From positions 868,001-932,000 of the forward strand of contig CAJFCJ010000017.1 in NCBI GenBank assembly GCA_904063045.1: DNA of 64,000 nt, written 5' to 3'. The number at the start of each line of letters is the position of its first letter. The stretch's first letter is position 1. Positions 10,703 to 23,822 of the stretch are shown here, piece by piece. The position numbers and the translations under genes are program-made. The DNA is from Dimorphilus gyrociliatus (Eukaryota > Animalia > Annelida). The notes under the pieces are model-generated. The model searched no databases. It saw only the letters and a program-made list of their open reading frames with translations, and had not been told where the DNA came from.

Positions 10703-13700
10703 TTAATCTTCGACATCAACCGACTCACCCTTCTTCATCTTGGCAATAATCGCCTTTAGTTTATTAATCTCCTTATTCTCAGCGTTCTTCGTTGCGTCGT
10801 TCGTTATCAATTTAACCCTTGCTGCGTAGGTCAAAGAAACAACTGATTCGTCTGCATTGTAATCTGCAGGGGAAATATTCACAAACATCAGAGTTTTCGA
10901 GTTACCTCCTAAAGAGTCTTGCATGAGCATCGTTAACTTGTTATTTCGGTATGGTATGAATGATTGCTCGCTTGATAAAGCCGATATAACATCGCCAAGG
11001 GCCGATAATGATTTGTTAATTGACATGGCTTCCTTTAATTGTTCGGCGCCGGCGCCTGTCTTTGCTGCTCTTTCGGATCCGGCAAGATCCACTAAACTTA
11101 GCTTACCTTTCAAAACTTGACCTGTCGATTTATTCCTGCTCTCAATCATAATTCCTATTACTAAATGAGACCGAGAACTTTCCGAGTTCATTTTCGTGGA
11201 AGCCACATGCCTGTTTTTGGAACCCAATTCGAAGAGCCCCATTAATTCTTTGCTATTATGAGCGCTCTTCACTTCTGCTCCCTGTACAAATACCATCCCC
11301 TTTTTATCCCGTTTAATTTCCAATTTATCGTCATCTGCGTGGGATGGTTTAGCAAAGAGATCTATAAGTTTGTCATTATACAATTCCAGCATATAAGCCG
11401 CAACTGCAAAAGTGAACTTCGAAGAATTTTCCTCGATAAGATTAAAGATTCTTTCGAAAGATCTTGGAGCAATACCAGGGAATTTTTGGTCGCGATCTCC
11501 GATTATTGTAAAAGTTTTTCCGGAGCCTGTTTGTCCATAGGCGAAGATACAAACATTGTAACCGTCAACGGCCGATTGTACAAGGTTGTTGGTATCTTCA
11601 AAGACCTTTTCTTGGTTCCCATTCGTATCTGGCATAAACACGGTATCGAATTGAAAATCTTTTTCTCCTCTTGTAGTTTTAATACCAATACTATATTCAT
11701 CAACTGAATTTACAATTGAAAAATTCCCGCGTTTTGCCTCTGAATCCGACAGAGGGCGTACTCTACAGTACACTCGAATCTTTCCTTTCATATCTTCAAC
11801 CATGTTGAAGTATTTCTTGCGAAGAACCCTCTCAGAATTGAAACTGTCCGCCAATTGTTTATTTTCGGTTAAAACTTTCTTCTTCTCTTTTTCTAATTCG
11901 TTTAATTCGGTTTCTTTAGTTTTTAATTTAGCCTGTGCTGTTTCTAATTTCTTTTCTAAGTCTTTTATAGCCTTCTCTAGTTTAACATTTGCAGTTTTAG
12001 GTCTTGCACTTGCCGTTTGTAAACTACGTAATTTGGCTTTGAGTTCATTATTTTCTTTTTGTAATTTATCACTCTTATCATTATTAACAGCTCCTTTCAT
12101 CATCATAATGGGTATTTTTTTCTTAAATTTTTCATGAGCCTGTATTAATTTCTTAATATCAGCGTGTAATTCTTTAATATCTAAATCTTTCTTCTTTAAA
12201 GCGGCTTCTGATTCTCTCTTACTATCTTTGACTTGCCTCAACAAGTCCATTTCTTTTTCGACCATCTCTCTCTCTTTCTCTTTTAATTTACCATTAAGTT
12301 TCTCTGTCTCTGCTTTAGATACTTTTATATCATTTTTAGCATTTTTCAGTTGCTTTTGTAATTCTATAATCCTATCTTCCTTTTCTTTTTTCTCTTTATC
12401 AAATATATCAAATTCCGCTTCCAAATCTGCGATACGATTCTCTAATTCTATAACGCTTTCAACTGGTTTATCCTCTTCGATTCCTGTCATTCTGTTTTTC
12501 ATCCTGTTATACTGCTTGACTAGCTTAACTATATCCCTTTCCATATCCTTTATCTTATCGTTTTTGAACTTTACAAGCTTCAAATGGTCTGCTTCTTTCT
12601 TTTCGGCTGCTTCAATTAGTTCATTTTGCTTCTCTTTTAATTCGGCTTTCTCCTTTTCAGCCTCTTTCAATAGCCTTTCCATTTCGGCCAATCTCGGTGA
12701 GAGGTTATCTTTTTCATCTACAGCATTTTGTTTCCTTGACTCCTCTTCAGCCAACTTCTTCTCTAGATGACGAATATTATTTTCGGCTACGGCTAAATCT
12801 TCTTCTAGTTTCCTATAGTCTTCATTATTTTTTAAGAGAACTTCGGTTACTGCTTTTTCCTCCTCTTCTATTTCATTTTCAGCCTTCTTATCCTTCTTTT
12901 CCAATCCTTTTAGCCTAGCTTTCATCTTACTATACTGCTTCAATAGATCTTCAATATCCTTATGCATTTCTTGTAGTTTTTCCTCTTTCAAATTCATAAT
13001 TTTCTTATGATCTTCCTCTTTTCTCTTTGCTTCTTCAATTAAATCTGCTTTCTGTTTCTTCAAATCTTCATTCTCTTTTTTATTCTCTGCCATTAATTTC
13101 TCAAGCTCGGCTATTCGGGCTAGGAGGTCTTTATTCGCATCTTCCAGCAGAGCTCTATCTCTTTCTTTGTCTGCCAATTTCTTCTCAGCCTCAGCTAATA
13201 GACTCTCTAAATCAGAAACTTTAGCTAAAATGCTGGTCCTATCTGCTTCAATTTTGTTTTTTTCTGCTCCCTCCTCTAACAATTTCTTTTTCAATTGAAC
13301 AACATTATCTTCAGATTTAGCAAGCTCTTCCTCTAATTTCTTATAATCATCATCGGTCTTTGCTAAAGGTTCAGCAACAGCTTGACTCTCTTCTTCAACA
13401 GTGGCGGCTCCAGTATGTATCATTGTAATGGCTTCAACTAACAACTCATCTTGAGTTTCGGAACTTTTAACACTATTTAATCGTTCTTCTACTTTCAGAG
13501 CAGCAGGGTTTATCTCTTGATTTACAGCTTTAGCTTCATTGACAACAAGTTCCAAAAGCTTCTTGGTTCGCTTAAACTTTTTCTTATATTGTGTATGAGC
13601 GATAATTAGCTTTTCAATATCTTTTTCCATCATTTGTATGTTCTTTTTCTGTTTATCAATTTTTTGTTGTAAATCCGCTTGTTTCTTCTTTAGTTCAACT

Positions 13701-16143
13701 TTATCATTTTCAGCCGCTGCCAGTAATCTCTCTAATTCTGCTATTCGATCAGCTAAATTACTGTAATCGTCTTCCACTTTATTCTTCGCCGCTTCCTTAT
13801 CTGAAGCTCTCTCTTGCTCCATATCTTTTAGTAACCTTTCCAATTCATTTACTTTAGACCCTAGCAGTTCCTTATCATCCTCAGCTCTTTGCCTACTGTT
13901 CTCTTGTTCCAGTAGTTTCTTCTCCAACTCTCTTACTTTATTTTCAGCTCCTGCAAGTTCATCTTCAAGATTTTTAAAATCGTCTTCGTTCTTTGCAAGC
14001 GGTTCGGAAATAGCTTCGGTCTCCTCCTCTTCATCCTTAATTTCGGCAGCCCCTGTATGTATCATTGTAAGGCCTTCGATGAGTATTTCATTTTCACTAT
14101 CAGTATTTTTTGCTTCAGCTAAACGTTCCTCAACTTTTATTGCAGCTGGATTGAATTGCTGTAAAACACTTTTAGTTTCTGAAACGACCACCTCCAATAA
14201 AGTTTTAGTCTTTTTAAACTGCTTTTTATATTGGGCATGAGCTTTAATAAGTTTTTCAATATCTCTATTCATACTAGCTATTTTCTTATCTCTTTTAGCC
14301 AGTTTTTTTTCTAAATCTTCATTCTTCTCCTCAAGAGCCTTATTGATTAGTAAAAGACTGTCTCTTTCAGAAGAAACGCTCTCTAAATCTGATTTAGTGA
14401 TTGTAAGTTCATTTTGTAATTTTGCCTTATCTGCTTTCATAGCTAAAACCTGTTTCCGTAAACTATCGATTTCATCCCTTGCCATTTCAAGTGCGGCAAC
14501 TATTTCAGGGTCAGGAACGAAAACTTTAACAATTCTCACATCTGCTGTTTTCGGGCGGATAGTCGCCGCTGTCATAGGTCTACCACTTTTTAGCTCTTTT
14601 AGGGCTTGAAGTTCTGCATTTAAATTATCCAACTGTTCTTGCAGAAGTTCCTGATTAGGATCGTCGGATTGTTGTAAAATTTCCTGTTCAAGCTGCTTTT
14701 TCTCTGCCTCTTTTTCAACTTCCTTTGCCTGAGCTTTTTCTTTTTCATCTTTTCCAATAACCACAACTGCGGTTAATGCTGCCAGTTGTGCTTTTATAGC
14801 ATCGTAGTCGGTAGTTCTGTCAATTAACTCAGTGTTTTGAGCTTTAAGCTCAGCCGCTCGTTCTTGGACATCATCCAAGTCCTTTTGTAGAATGCGCCGT
14901 TCCGCGGTTAATTTTTCTCTTTCATCTTCCAAATGAGCGAATTCTTTTAATAACAATTCCCTCTCGCCAACCATCTCGGCTCGCTCTTCGTTCATTTTGA
15001 TTCGCTCCTTAGTTCCTAAATCTTTAACGATTATTGTCGGTTCACGGCCTAAAGCAACAGGTGGGATATAGGAAAATGAAGACTCGTTAATGTTTTCTTG
15101 AATTACTGGTTGTATAGCTTGTTGAGTTTCCGCAACTATTACAGGAGCAGGCGCTTCCTCCTTTTTGGTAATGCGAACGGCTTTAACTTTTGATTTTTTA
15201 TCAATATGTTGCTCTTCCTCAGCAGATTTCAATTTGGCATTTGTTTCATCTAATTGCTTCGTTAAAGCAGTAACAGTTGTTTGTTTCTCCTTTTCAACCC
15301 TCTCATATTCAACTTTATTCAACACCAATAATTTCTTTTTTTCGTTCATTAAATCCTTATTCTTTTTCTTTAAACTATTCAACATTTCATCCCAATATTG
15401 TTCTTTCTGTTTCAATTCAATTCTATGAATTTCAATAATTTGTTGAAATGTATGAACTTTTGATTTGTATTGCTGCCTTAAATTCAAAACGAACACATTG
15501 AAGTGCGACTGTGTTTCATTTTCAATTGTCTTATAGTTTTCGTCTATTCTTTTAACAATTTCGACGTGTCTAAATTGCATATTTTTCGTGTCCTGCACGA
15601 TTTTTTCAATGTAATCTTTAGCGAAATTGTAAGGAATATAGGCGTGTTTCAAGTTCATTTCGGCAGGCGCAAGCATAGCTGTTGTTTTACCAGAAACTAG
15701 ACTCGTTACGCTATTGGATCTAGATCTGGTACTGCTCCAGGCTTGAGATATTTTCGATCGGATAGAAGAAATACTAGGAGATCTTTTCAACTTTTCCGAA
15801 ATTTGGCTAATTTGACTTCTAGATCTCTTTAACTGTGGCGTATTTCCTCTACTCTCTTGCCCATGAGTATTAGTTTCTTGTTCGTGCTTTTCATTGTCTT
15901 CCTTCTTCGGATCATTTGTATCATCTTTATTGCTACCAAACTCTTTTACTGAAATAACACTTCCAAGACTTTGAACAGGTGTCAAAGTTCTTTGACTAAG
16001 CGTTGAAAGAGCGGACGGAGGTCTATCAACTGTTTAGCATAGACTTTTGATATTATACATAATTCAATAGATCAAACGGTTATTATACACTTACCATCGA
16101 TTTCTGTAGGCGTCGAGACTTTATTCTTTTTCCTTGTTAACAT
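10703..16143 (-). CDS. Giant C-terminal-motor kinesin-14, KCBP/kinesin-C type; exons 16143-16095 and 16029-10703 (about 1790 aa)
   Basis: The motor has the neck RKKYFNMVEDMKGKIRVYCRVRP, P-loop GQTGSGKT, SSRSH and DLAGSE, followed by a basic amphipathic helix (KEINKLKAIIAKMKK). A 49-nt ATG exon with a GTAAG donor splices in frame onto the long ORF. The stalk is a long coiled coil. Confidence 0.88.
12128..14295 (-). repeat. Internal degenerate tandem repeats in the kinesin stalk (period about 640 nt for the best pair)
   Basis: A DIxKLIxxHxxY/FKK-like motif recurs five times (near 14270, 13620, 12960, 12535 and 12160). LTMIHTGAA (about 14050-14075) repeats as ITMIHTGAA (about 13405-13430). Confidence 0.85.
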
Positions 16144-16268
16144 AATTAAATCTTGAAAATTATCATTATTAATCTACAAGATATTAATCAATGTAACCCT
16201 TTTTGTCTTCGTTAGCATTTACGATTATTTGGATAGTCTCGAAGAATGACTAAATCAAATAAAACGAG

Positions 16269-16304
16269 GACGCCATTTGTAAACAATATTGTTATTATGG
16301 TGAC
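16269..16304. promoter_or_regulatory. Candidate RFX X-box plus forkhead site (and a YY1-like CGCCATTT) upstream of the kinesin
   Basis: GTTATTATGGTGAC (16291-16304) fits the X-box consensus RTHNYYWTRRNRAC. GTAAACA lies at 16279-16285, about 140-160 nt upstream of the ATG. Confidence 0.5.
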
Positions 16305-17064
16305 GGGCTCTTTACTGGATTTAAAACTTTTGTAAGCAATACGCCTGGTGAAACGAAGTACTATAAGGGCTTATGTTTATTCCTTTATTTAGCTTAGGCT
16401 TGTTTACTAACAAAAATTTAACGAATTTTATCGATACGAGATGGCACTTTCATCGTTTATTTATGCCTATACCAATTTTATCAATTTTAACTTATTTCCG
16501 TTCAATTCTTGGAACGAAGCGCTGATATAGCAACTTTTTATCTTTAGGTAAAACTACCTTTTTTTTAAACAAATCTTATCAATCAGTGTAAATAATTGCG
16601 TTTATAATCGTAATGAATATTCAAATCTAGATCATACTCGAATTCTTTAATGCGTTTAATATCAAAGTTCAAATCTATCATTATTTTTGATGATACAGCA
16701 AAAGGATATTTTGAAATTATTAATTATCTCAACGGAAAAGCAGAAAACCCAAATACAAATCTTAGCATTGAAGATTAACAATGTATTATATAGTTCGTAC
16801 AAAGTTTGTAGAATATATTAATCTGTTAAGAAATATGTAATAAATCAAATATTTGATGAACCTTGGCCCAGAGGGCTCGCAAAATTTTTAAGTTTACCGC
16901 CTATTTTCATATTTTCTCTAAGACCCTTAGAGTGTTTAAAATTTTGCAAAGTCATGCTTGTCCTATAATCAGAATAGACCTTGACCTCTACATTTGAATT
17001 CTTATTGACACGTTAGTGCCTCAAATGACTATTGACTTTAATACTGTACAGTAGCTACCCCAAG

Positions 17065-17724
17065 ATGAGCTTAAAATTGGGTGACGTCTTCCCGAATTTG
17101 TCAGTTGACACCACCGCTGGCAAACTGCAGCTGCATGATTTCTTTGGCAATAGCTGGGGAATCCTATTTTCTCATCCCCGTGATTACACGCCCGTTTGTA
17201 CAACAGAATTGGGGCGTGCTGCTCAACTCACACCTGAATTTGAGAAGAGGGGTGTAAAAATGATTGCCTTATCTTGCGATTCTGTTGAAGATCACCATGG
17301 ATGGACTAAAGACATTGAAAGTTACAACACTGTCAAAGTCACCTATCCGATAATAGCTGATAGTGACCGCAGCATAGCAAAACAATTGGGTATGCTTGAT
17401 CCTGATGAAAAGGATCCCACCGGAATGCCTCTAACTTGCCGAGCTGTTTTTATTGTTGGACCTGACAAGAAAGTTAAATTGTCAATCCTATATCCAGCGA
17501 CCACTGGGCGAAATTTCAACGAATTGTTAAGAGTAATCGACTCTTTACAATTAACGGCTACAAAGAAAGTTGCAACTCCGGTTGACTGGAAAGATGGCGA
17601 CAAATGTATGGTCGTGCCTTCATTGAGCAACGAGGACGCTTCAAAGCTTTTCCCTAAAGGATTCGAAACAAAGAATGTTCCATCTGGAAAATCGTACATT
17701 CGCCTTACACCCCATCCTAAGTAA
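17065..17724 (+). CDS. PRDX6: 1-Cys peroxiredoxin (peroxiredoxin-6), intronless
   Basis: FSHPRDYTPVCTTE active site, LYPATTGRNF and ATPVDW. The start is placed at the first true ATG (MSLKLGD). Confidence 0.97.
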   Translation: MSLKLGDVFPNLSVDTTAGKLQLHDFFGNSWGILFSHPRDYTPVCTTELGRAAQLTPEFEKRGVKMIALSCDSVEDHHGWTKDIESYNTVKVTYPIIADSDRSIAKQLGMLDPDEKDPTGMPLTCRAVFIVGPDKKVKLSILYPATTGRNFNELLRVIDSLQLTATKKVATPVDWKDGDKCMVVPSLSNEDASKLFPKGFETKNVPSGKSYIRLTPHPK

Positions 17725-17819
17725 TTAGGCGAATGAAAAGGCTGAACACTAATTATATTCATATTCAAAATCGATTGTATTGAAAATCTTTCGATTAGTT
17801 AATATGACAATGAAAGTGC

Positions 17820-18954
17820 TCAGTAATACATTAATTTAGTATATGTGACTGGCTTGTTTTCGTATGTAATAATCGCATTTATTAAGTTTTCTTTTTTGTT
17901 TATCCATACTTTTTGGGTTACTATTTGATGACTATCAAGCTCTTTTAAGTTTTGGACTTCAATTTGTTTCACTTTCAATGTACCAGGGTCGACACCACTT
18001 TCATATAGTCCATCGTATGCCCACGATATACATTCTTTATTGTTAACATGCCTATAAAAGTCTGTATGTCGGTATTGCGTTTTAATCGTATGATCGAAAG
18101 CATCAGCTGGTACTTCTGGAAGCGGGACACGAGGTGGTCCCTTTTCTTGTAAACTTAAACCTAATCCTTCAAAGTCTTTCACATAACTTTCGGGTAAATC
18201 AATGACTCTTCGGGACACTTTATCTGCTATTAAAATAAGAACTTCAACGCTACCAAGCTCTATATTGCCTTCTTCCTTGTAAAGTATGTTTTTCATTGAA
18301 AACGATTTCTTTGAGCAGTTAGTAAACTCTGACATTGTATATATTGGCTGATGTAACAAGAGCTCTTCGTAAAATGGCCTTAGAATTTCGACTTTCTGAG
18401 AAACAAGTAGTAATAATACATCTGAACGATTTAAACTAAGAGACTTCTTTCGCTTGAGGAGAGGATGAATTTTGTTCATTGTTAAGGAACCACCCCAAAT
18501 AGCAAATCTTGCATCTTCGCAACGGCTTATCAGTGATCTCGTTTGAAATGATCCACCTTATAAATTGAAAGTAATGGTATTATTATTTGTATTAATTATA
18601 TTGTCTTTATAATTTATACCTGATGGTTCAAAATCACCAATAAACAATGGGGAAGACTGTAATTTCCACTTATTTCCGATAATCGCCAAATGTCTATCAT
18701 CAGGTCTAACTAAATCTGGACACAAGCTGTTGAACAATTTTAATAATATAAAAAAGCATACAAGATTTCTTCTAAAAGTGTTTTTCTAGTGAAGAAACAT
18801 GTGCTTTACAGAACTAATCATAGATCCAAATACAAATTTCCTTTACAGTCTTAAAACGTTAAAAACCTAACCTATGTCTTGAAGAAAAAGCTCGAGTAGG
18901 AAAATTTTTGGTATGCTTGATGTAATTCACAAATTTCAAAGTTCGAAAACTCAT
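17820..18954 (-). CDS. Putative mitochondrial double-HotDog (acyl-ACP/acyl-CoA thioesterase-like) protein; exons 18954-18872, 18803-18762, 18726-18620 and 18556-17820 (322 aa)
   Basis: Four exons join in frame through GT-AG introns. The N-terminus is basic, hydroxylated and free of acidic residues (MSFRTLKFVNYIKHTKNFPTRAFSSRH). YRHTDFYRHVNNKECISWAYDGL resembles the thioesterase DxDxxxHVNNxxYxxW signature, and SRCEDARF resembles the first-domain ExAR helix. Confidence 0.6.
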
Positions 18955-19322
18955 TGTTTAAATATAATAAATGGTTTAAACAAGAAAAGAATTTACTCTT
19001 AGGTTCAACAATCGTCCCACTTTTTTTAATGGGTTCCCCACTCCTCAACTAAATTTGTCACACATTTCCAACGAGAGAACTTCTATACAAAAAAAAGATG
19101 TTCTGATCCAGAACACAATATTAACGCTGTCCAGAAAAAAGTCCATATATTGCACAATTATAATACTTATTTCCTGAGAACTTTAAATTTCGTAGAGTAA
19201 GTAAGTGGTAAAATAATGCGAAATGTGAAATTTTGTTCTTAAAGCGACTTATTTTTTAGTCTGTTTCCAAGTCGTATGGTTTATGAGCGATACTGAGTGA
19301 ACTGCATAACTCCTGTAACTAA

Positions 19323-21269
19323 ATGAATGAGTCGAATTTAAAACCTTCCTTCCAGGCCGTTGTCTTAGCGGGAGGGAAAGGGTCGCGAATGCGAGATGTC
19401 ACGGAAAAAATTCCAAAAGCACTCGTTCCAATTGGAAATGTTCCTTTAATTTATTTTCCTCTAAAATCGCTTGAAAGAGTTGGATTTCAAGGTATTGCAT
19501 TATATAGCTTATTATAACTATGATATATGTATATATATATATATATCTTTTTATATTTCAATAATACAGAAGCTATTGTCGTTGTTTTAAAATCTCAAAA
19601 AGAGATCATCGATACGGCAATTACGAATACCGACTTAAAGCTATGTGTAAAGTTTTTTGCCATCGAGGATGAGGATGACCTTGGAACTGCTGAAAGTCTA
19701 CGTTTGCTCAAAGATAGAATTGATGTATAAACTACATTTATATGATATATAGCAATAATTTACTTCTAATTTTTACATAGATGGATATTCTTGTTGTATC
19801 CTGTGATCTGATAACTGATTTATCTTTTCATAAATTGGCCGATATGCATAGAGCAAAAAACTCTTCTCTAACCATAATGTTGGCTAAATCCTTATCTGTG
19901 GGTGAAATTCTACCCCCAGGAGGAAGAATTAATAGAAAAATAGGTTTTATTACTTCAATTACTCTGAAAAAATTTTTAAACTTTTCCTCACCTAGAAAAT
20001 CAATTTATCGCTTTGGACAACAGCCAAAGGCTGATTTATATGGCAACTGAATCTGATTTAGAAGATGAAATAAGAATACGTCATAGAATAATTAAAAAGT
20101 AAAATATCTTATTTTATTTGAAATAGAAGAGGAAAGTAATAGTATTATAATTATTGTCTTTTAACAGCTATCCATGTATAAACATGCATTCTTCACTAAT
20201 GGATAGCCATGTTTACCTTATTAGCAAGTCAACTTACGATTTAATGTTTGAGGACACGTAAGACAAATCTATTTTATCAACAATTCGAAAATAACAACGA
20301 AAATATTAATATTCTAGGAATATTATCGACCTAAGAGAATATATTCCTCTTATAGTCAAGAAACAGTTTGCAAAAGAGGATAAAGTGGAGAAAAATGAAA
20401 ATGGTAAATTAGTAACCTGGCTAATAACAGTATTTATCGCATTTCTAAAATATTCTCTTTTCATATATAAGAATCTGAAACTGATGATCATTTAATTGAC
20501 GAAATGTCATCTTTTCGCCACCAATCAACTTCAATTAATTTACCAAGATGTTTTGGTTACTTTTACGATGGTTTATGTTTTAGAGTCAACAATATAATGG
20601 CATATTGTGAAGCAAATCGTCGGGTAAAAGTTTAATAAATTTGACAGGGTAAAGGCAAATAGTAAATTACACCTCTAAAATCAATATAGAGTACCACCTT
20701 CTTGGAAAAGTTTAAAGGAATTCCCACAGTTAATATTTCTCCATCTATTTCTCTTCAACCAAAATCCACTGTAAATATATTATATAAGTATAAATAAATT
20801 AGAAAAGCAAAAAATTATCAACACTTTTTAGGTGAACTCCGATTGTTTAATTGGTGAAAAAGTGACCATTGGAGCTAAATGTGGTATCAAAAAATCAATT
20901 ATTGGAATGAATACAGAAATAGGAGATTATTGTAAAGTTACAAACTGTATCATTATGAATAAAGTAAAGCTAAGGAAAGGGTGCGAAGAAACAAACTTAT
21001 ATGTTATTATATTCTAAACTGATCGAATGTTGTCTCTTTTAGCATAACTATTCAAAATTGCATTATATGCGAAAATGCCACTCTTGAGGAAAAGTGCGAG
21101 TTAAAAGATTGTATTGTTGGAGCAGACCAAATTATACATGGAATGGGTAAGAAGAAATAGAATCAAGTTACATAATTAATAAAAAAACACCTTCTTTCTC
21201 CTTAAAACAGCTAAACTGTCAGGTGAAGCAGTTCGAGGAGTTATGAATACAGGATTCGATTTGGATTAA
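19323..21269 (+). CDS. EIF2B3: Translation initiation factor eIF-2B subunit gamma, multi-exon
   Basis: [35 protein letters not shown] and [12 protein letters not shown], plus C-terminal hexapeptide (LbH) repeats. Multiple short GT-AG introns; last exon 21211-21269. Confidence 0.93.
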
Positions 21270-21559
21270 CAGTTTTAATGTATTCCATTGGATTAAATAA
21301 TATAAAAGCATATATATTTATGTATATACGATATTGTGTACACTTTATTTAGTACAGACATAGAACATACTGTATATCTATATGTGAATGAATATGTTAC
21401 CATCTAAATTCACTATCAAAATATTATTCATAGAAAAACTATGAATATTTAATAAAATAATTCAATAAGAACAAAAAAGAAGAAAAAAGAACAAATACTG
21501 TACTTAACAATTTTTTCTGAAAGAAGTAAGAAAAAGTTATGCCCTTGAGATAAATGATT

Positions 21560-23487
21560 TTAGTTCACTGTCATTTGTAAATTGAACATTTTTGAGGTTA
21601 CCCAATCAGCAACAAATCCGGGTGAAAAATTCAAGTATTTTTCTAGAAAACAGTGATTCTGTTGAAAAATAACAGAATATGTTTAAATAAATTGTAAGGG
21701 CCATTTGGTTTAGATTATTTAAATCAATTATACCTTTAAGTTATTGGGACATGGTCGATTTTCTGGTTGTTTTTGTAAACTTAAAAAAGAAATTGTATAT
21801 TTAAGAAAGTATAGCAGAAAAGTAGAGACAGCAACATACCATACAGCAATAAAGTCAATTAATTCGTTACTACACTTTTTTGCTCTCAACAGTCGCAAGG
21901 GTGGTGGCTTTTTGGGAATTAAAAGGAAATAGAAATGATTATTTGAGAAACTGTAATAAAAGTAATGAAAAATTACTTTAGTCACGATAAAAGTGAGTAA
22001 TTCCATCAACTTAATTTCTTCCTTTGGTACGGGGAAGACTAAATGATATGGGAATTTACCCAAAGCCATCTATGAAATAGATCAATTGTTTGATTGAAAA
22101 CATTAAATCACATACTTACTTCAAAAACAGACACTCCAATACTCCATACTTCGGATTTGATATCATAACCTTGAGCATTAATTCTTTCCGGCTAATAAAT
22201 ATGATAAATCAAACACGAACAGTATTTAATAATAATAGTAACAATGCAAACTTACGGCCATATAACCATTAGATCCTATGTACGTTTGTGCAATTGAATT
22301 AACAAGTTGAGTACTAACGCCAAAATCGCATAATTTTATCTCGCCTTTTGTGTTTACTAGTATATTAGATGGTTTAACATCTAAAGAATAGGAGATAAAT
22401 GAGAGTATTATAATAGTTTGTCAATGAATTTATTATTTATTGAAATTACTAACCTCTATGCATAATTTTTAATCCTGATAAATAAGATATACCCTCTATA
22501 ATGGATACTGCAACTGGACCTAGTATCGATTCTTCTATTTGACCATATCTATCTAAGGAGCATCCATTCATATATTCTGTACATATTGATATCCGATTTT
22601 CAACGAAAAAGGCACCGTAGAAACCAATAATATTGGGAGAATTACACTAGTGATTAAAACAAAAATCATATGATTAAGTAAAGTTATATCATTTTCTCTA
22701 GTTTTTATAAAATTAACCTTATACAAAATCTCTAGTTCAGCAATTATGCGTCGTTGTTCATCTTGCGTTGCGTCTAAAGCTATTGTTTTTACAGCCATTT
22801 CACATCCAGATAAAATATGTAATGCTCTATAAACAATTCCGCTTGCTCCTTTACCAAAAACCTCAATTTCCTGCAAGTCAGCCGCACTTACATTTCCACA
22901 TGACATTATTTCGTTTAAATCGCTTGAATTAATAGCTTTCATTTCAGTGTCTTTTCTGTAGTCCACTGGAGGTAATGTTGGTGCAGGATTATGGCTAGTC
23001 CCTGAAACTTCGACTTTAAGACCAAAAACATTCTTTTCGCATGACTTATTGTATTTTGGATAGATGTTAAATGGCAAGTTTAAGTTTGTTTCATTTATTG
23101 AAGATTTTTGCTATATAATTGATATATACAAGTTGATATTAAAATTGTATTTAAAATTCTTTATTATGTAAGCTTACAAATGCAAGCATTGCAGACATTT
23201 CCGCGTCTGTTCTGACAGTAATTCTATCACCATCTTCGTCATCGTCTGTAAACCTTACAAGATTAAATTTATATATACATTTTATAATTAAAATTTTACA
23301 CTCAAAAGCTGTAACAGAAACATCTGGAAGAACTTGATTCATAGCCTCCTATTTAAAGATAAAAATACTTTTATAAAAAAGGCAACGAAAATAAAGAACT
23401 AACCAGAACTTCTCTAAAAGTAATGTTTAGTGAATTTTCGAGTTCCCAATCAAATGAACCTATATCTGTGACGATCCTCAAAATCAT
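21560..23487 (-). CDS. MAP2K5: Dual-specificity MAP kinase kinase 5 (MEK5), multi-exon
   Basis: N-terminal PB1 domain ([14 protein letters not shown]...[19 protein letters not shown]). Kinase motifs [40 protein letters not shown] and PERI were reconstructed across introns. Confidence 0.93.
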
Positions 23488-23822
23488 CTCTATGATATAC
23501 ACTACAAATCAATAACTGTTACTACTAATTAATGAGGTACTCGCTGAATTTAATATATAGTAATTTAAGCCTATCTATCTGGTTAGTAATCCCATTCAAT
23601 AGTTGACAGAAGTGCACCTGAACGGGGTCGGCTGCTTAAATTTTCTTTTTAGTAACTGTTAATATTTCTTAAGTTTGTTCGCAAGGTTAACGATTAAGTC
23701 TAAATTATTACTTTTTCAAATTATTTAATATATTTATCGAATATCAAATGCTGAGTATGTGTTCAAAGTGTTTGCATTCAGTTTTTATAATATATTAAAC
23801 CAATTGTAATCGAAGTTACGAA

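Noticed and set aside
272-15700. Antisense or shifted ORFs overlapping BRE1, Amt, EGR, GTPBP3 and the kinesin (e.g. 2529-2966, 6603-7100, 11258-11707, 12228-12770)
   Set aside because: Shadow ORFs of real genes on the other strand, with S/F/L-rich composition mirroring E/K codons and no recognisable motifs.
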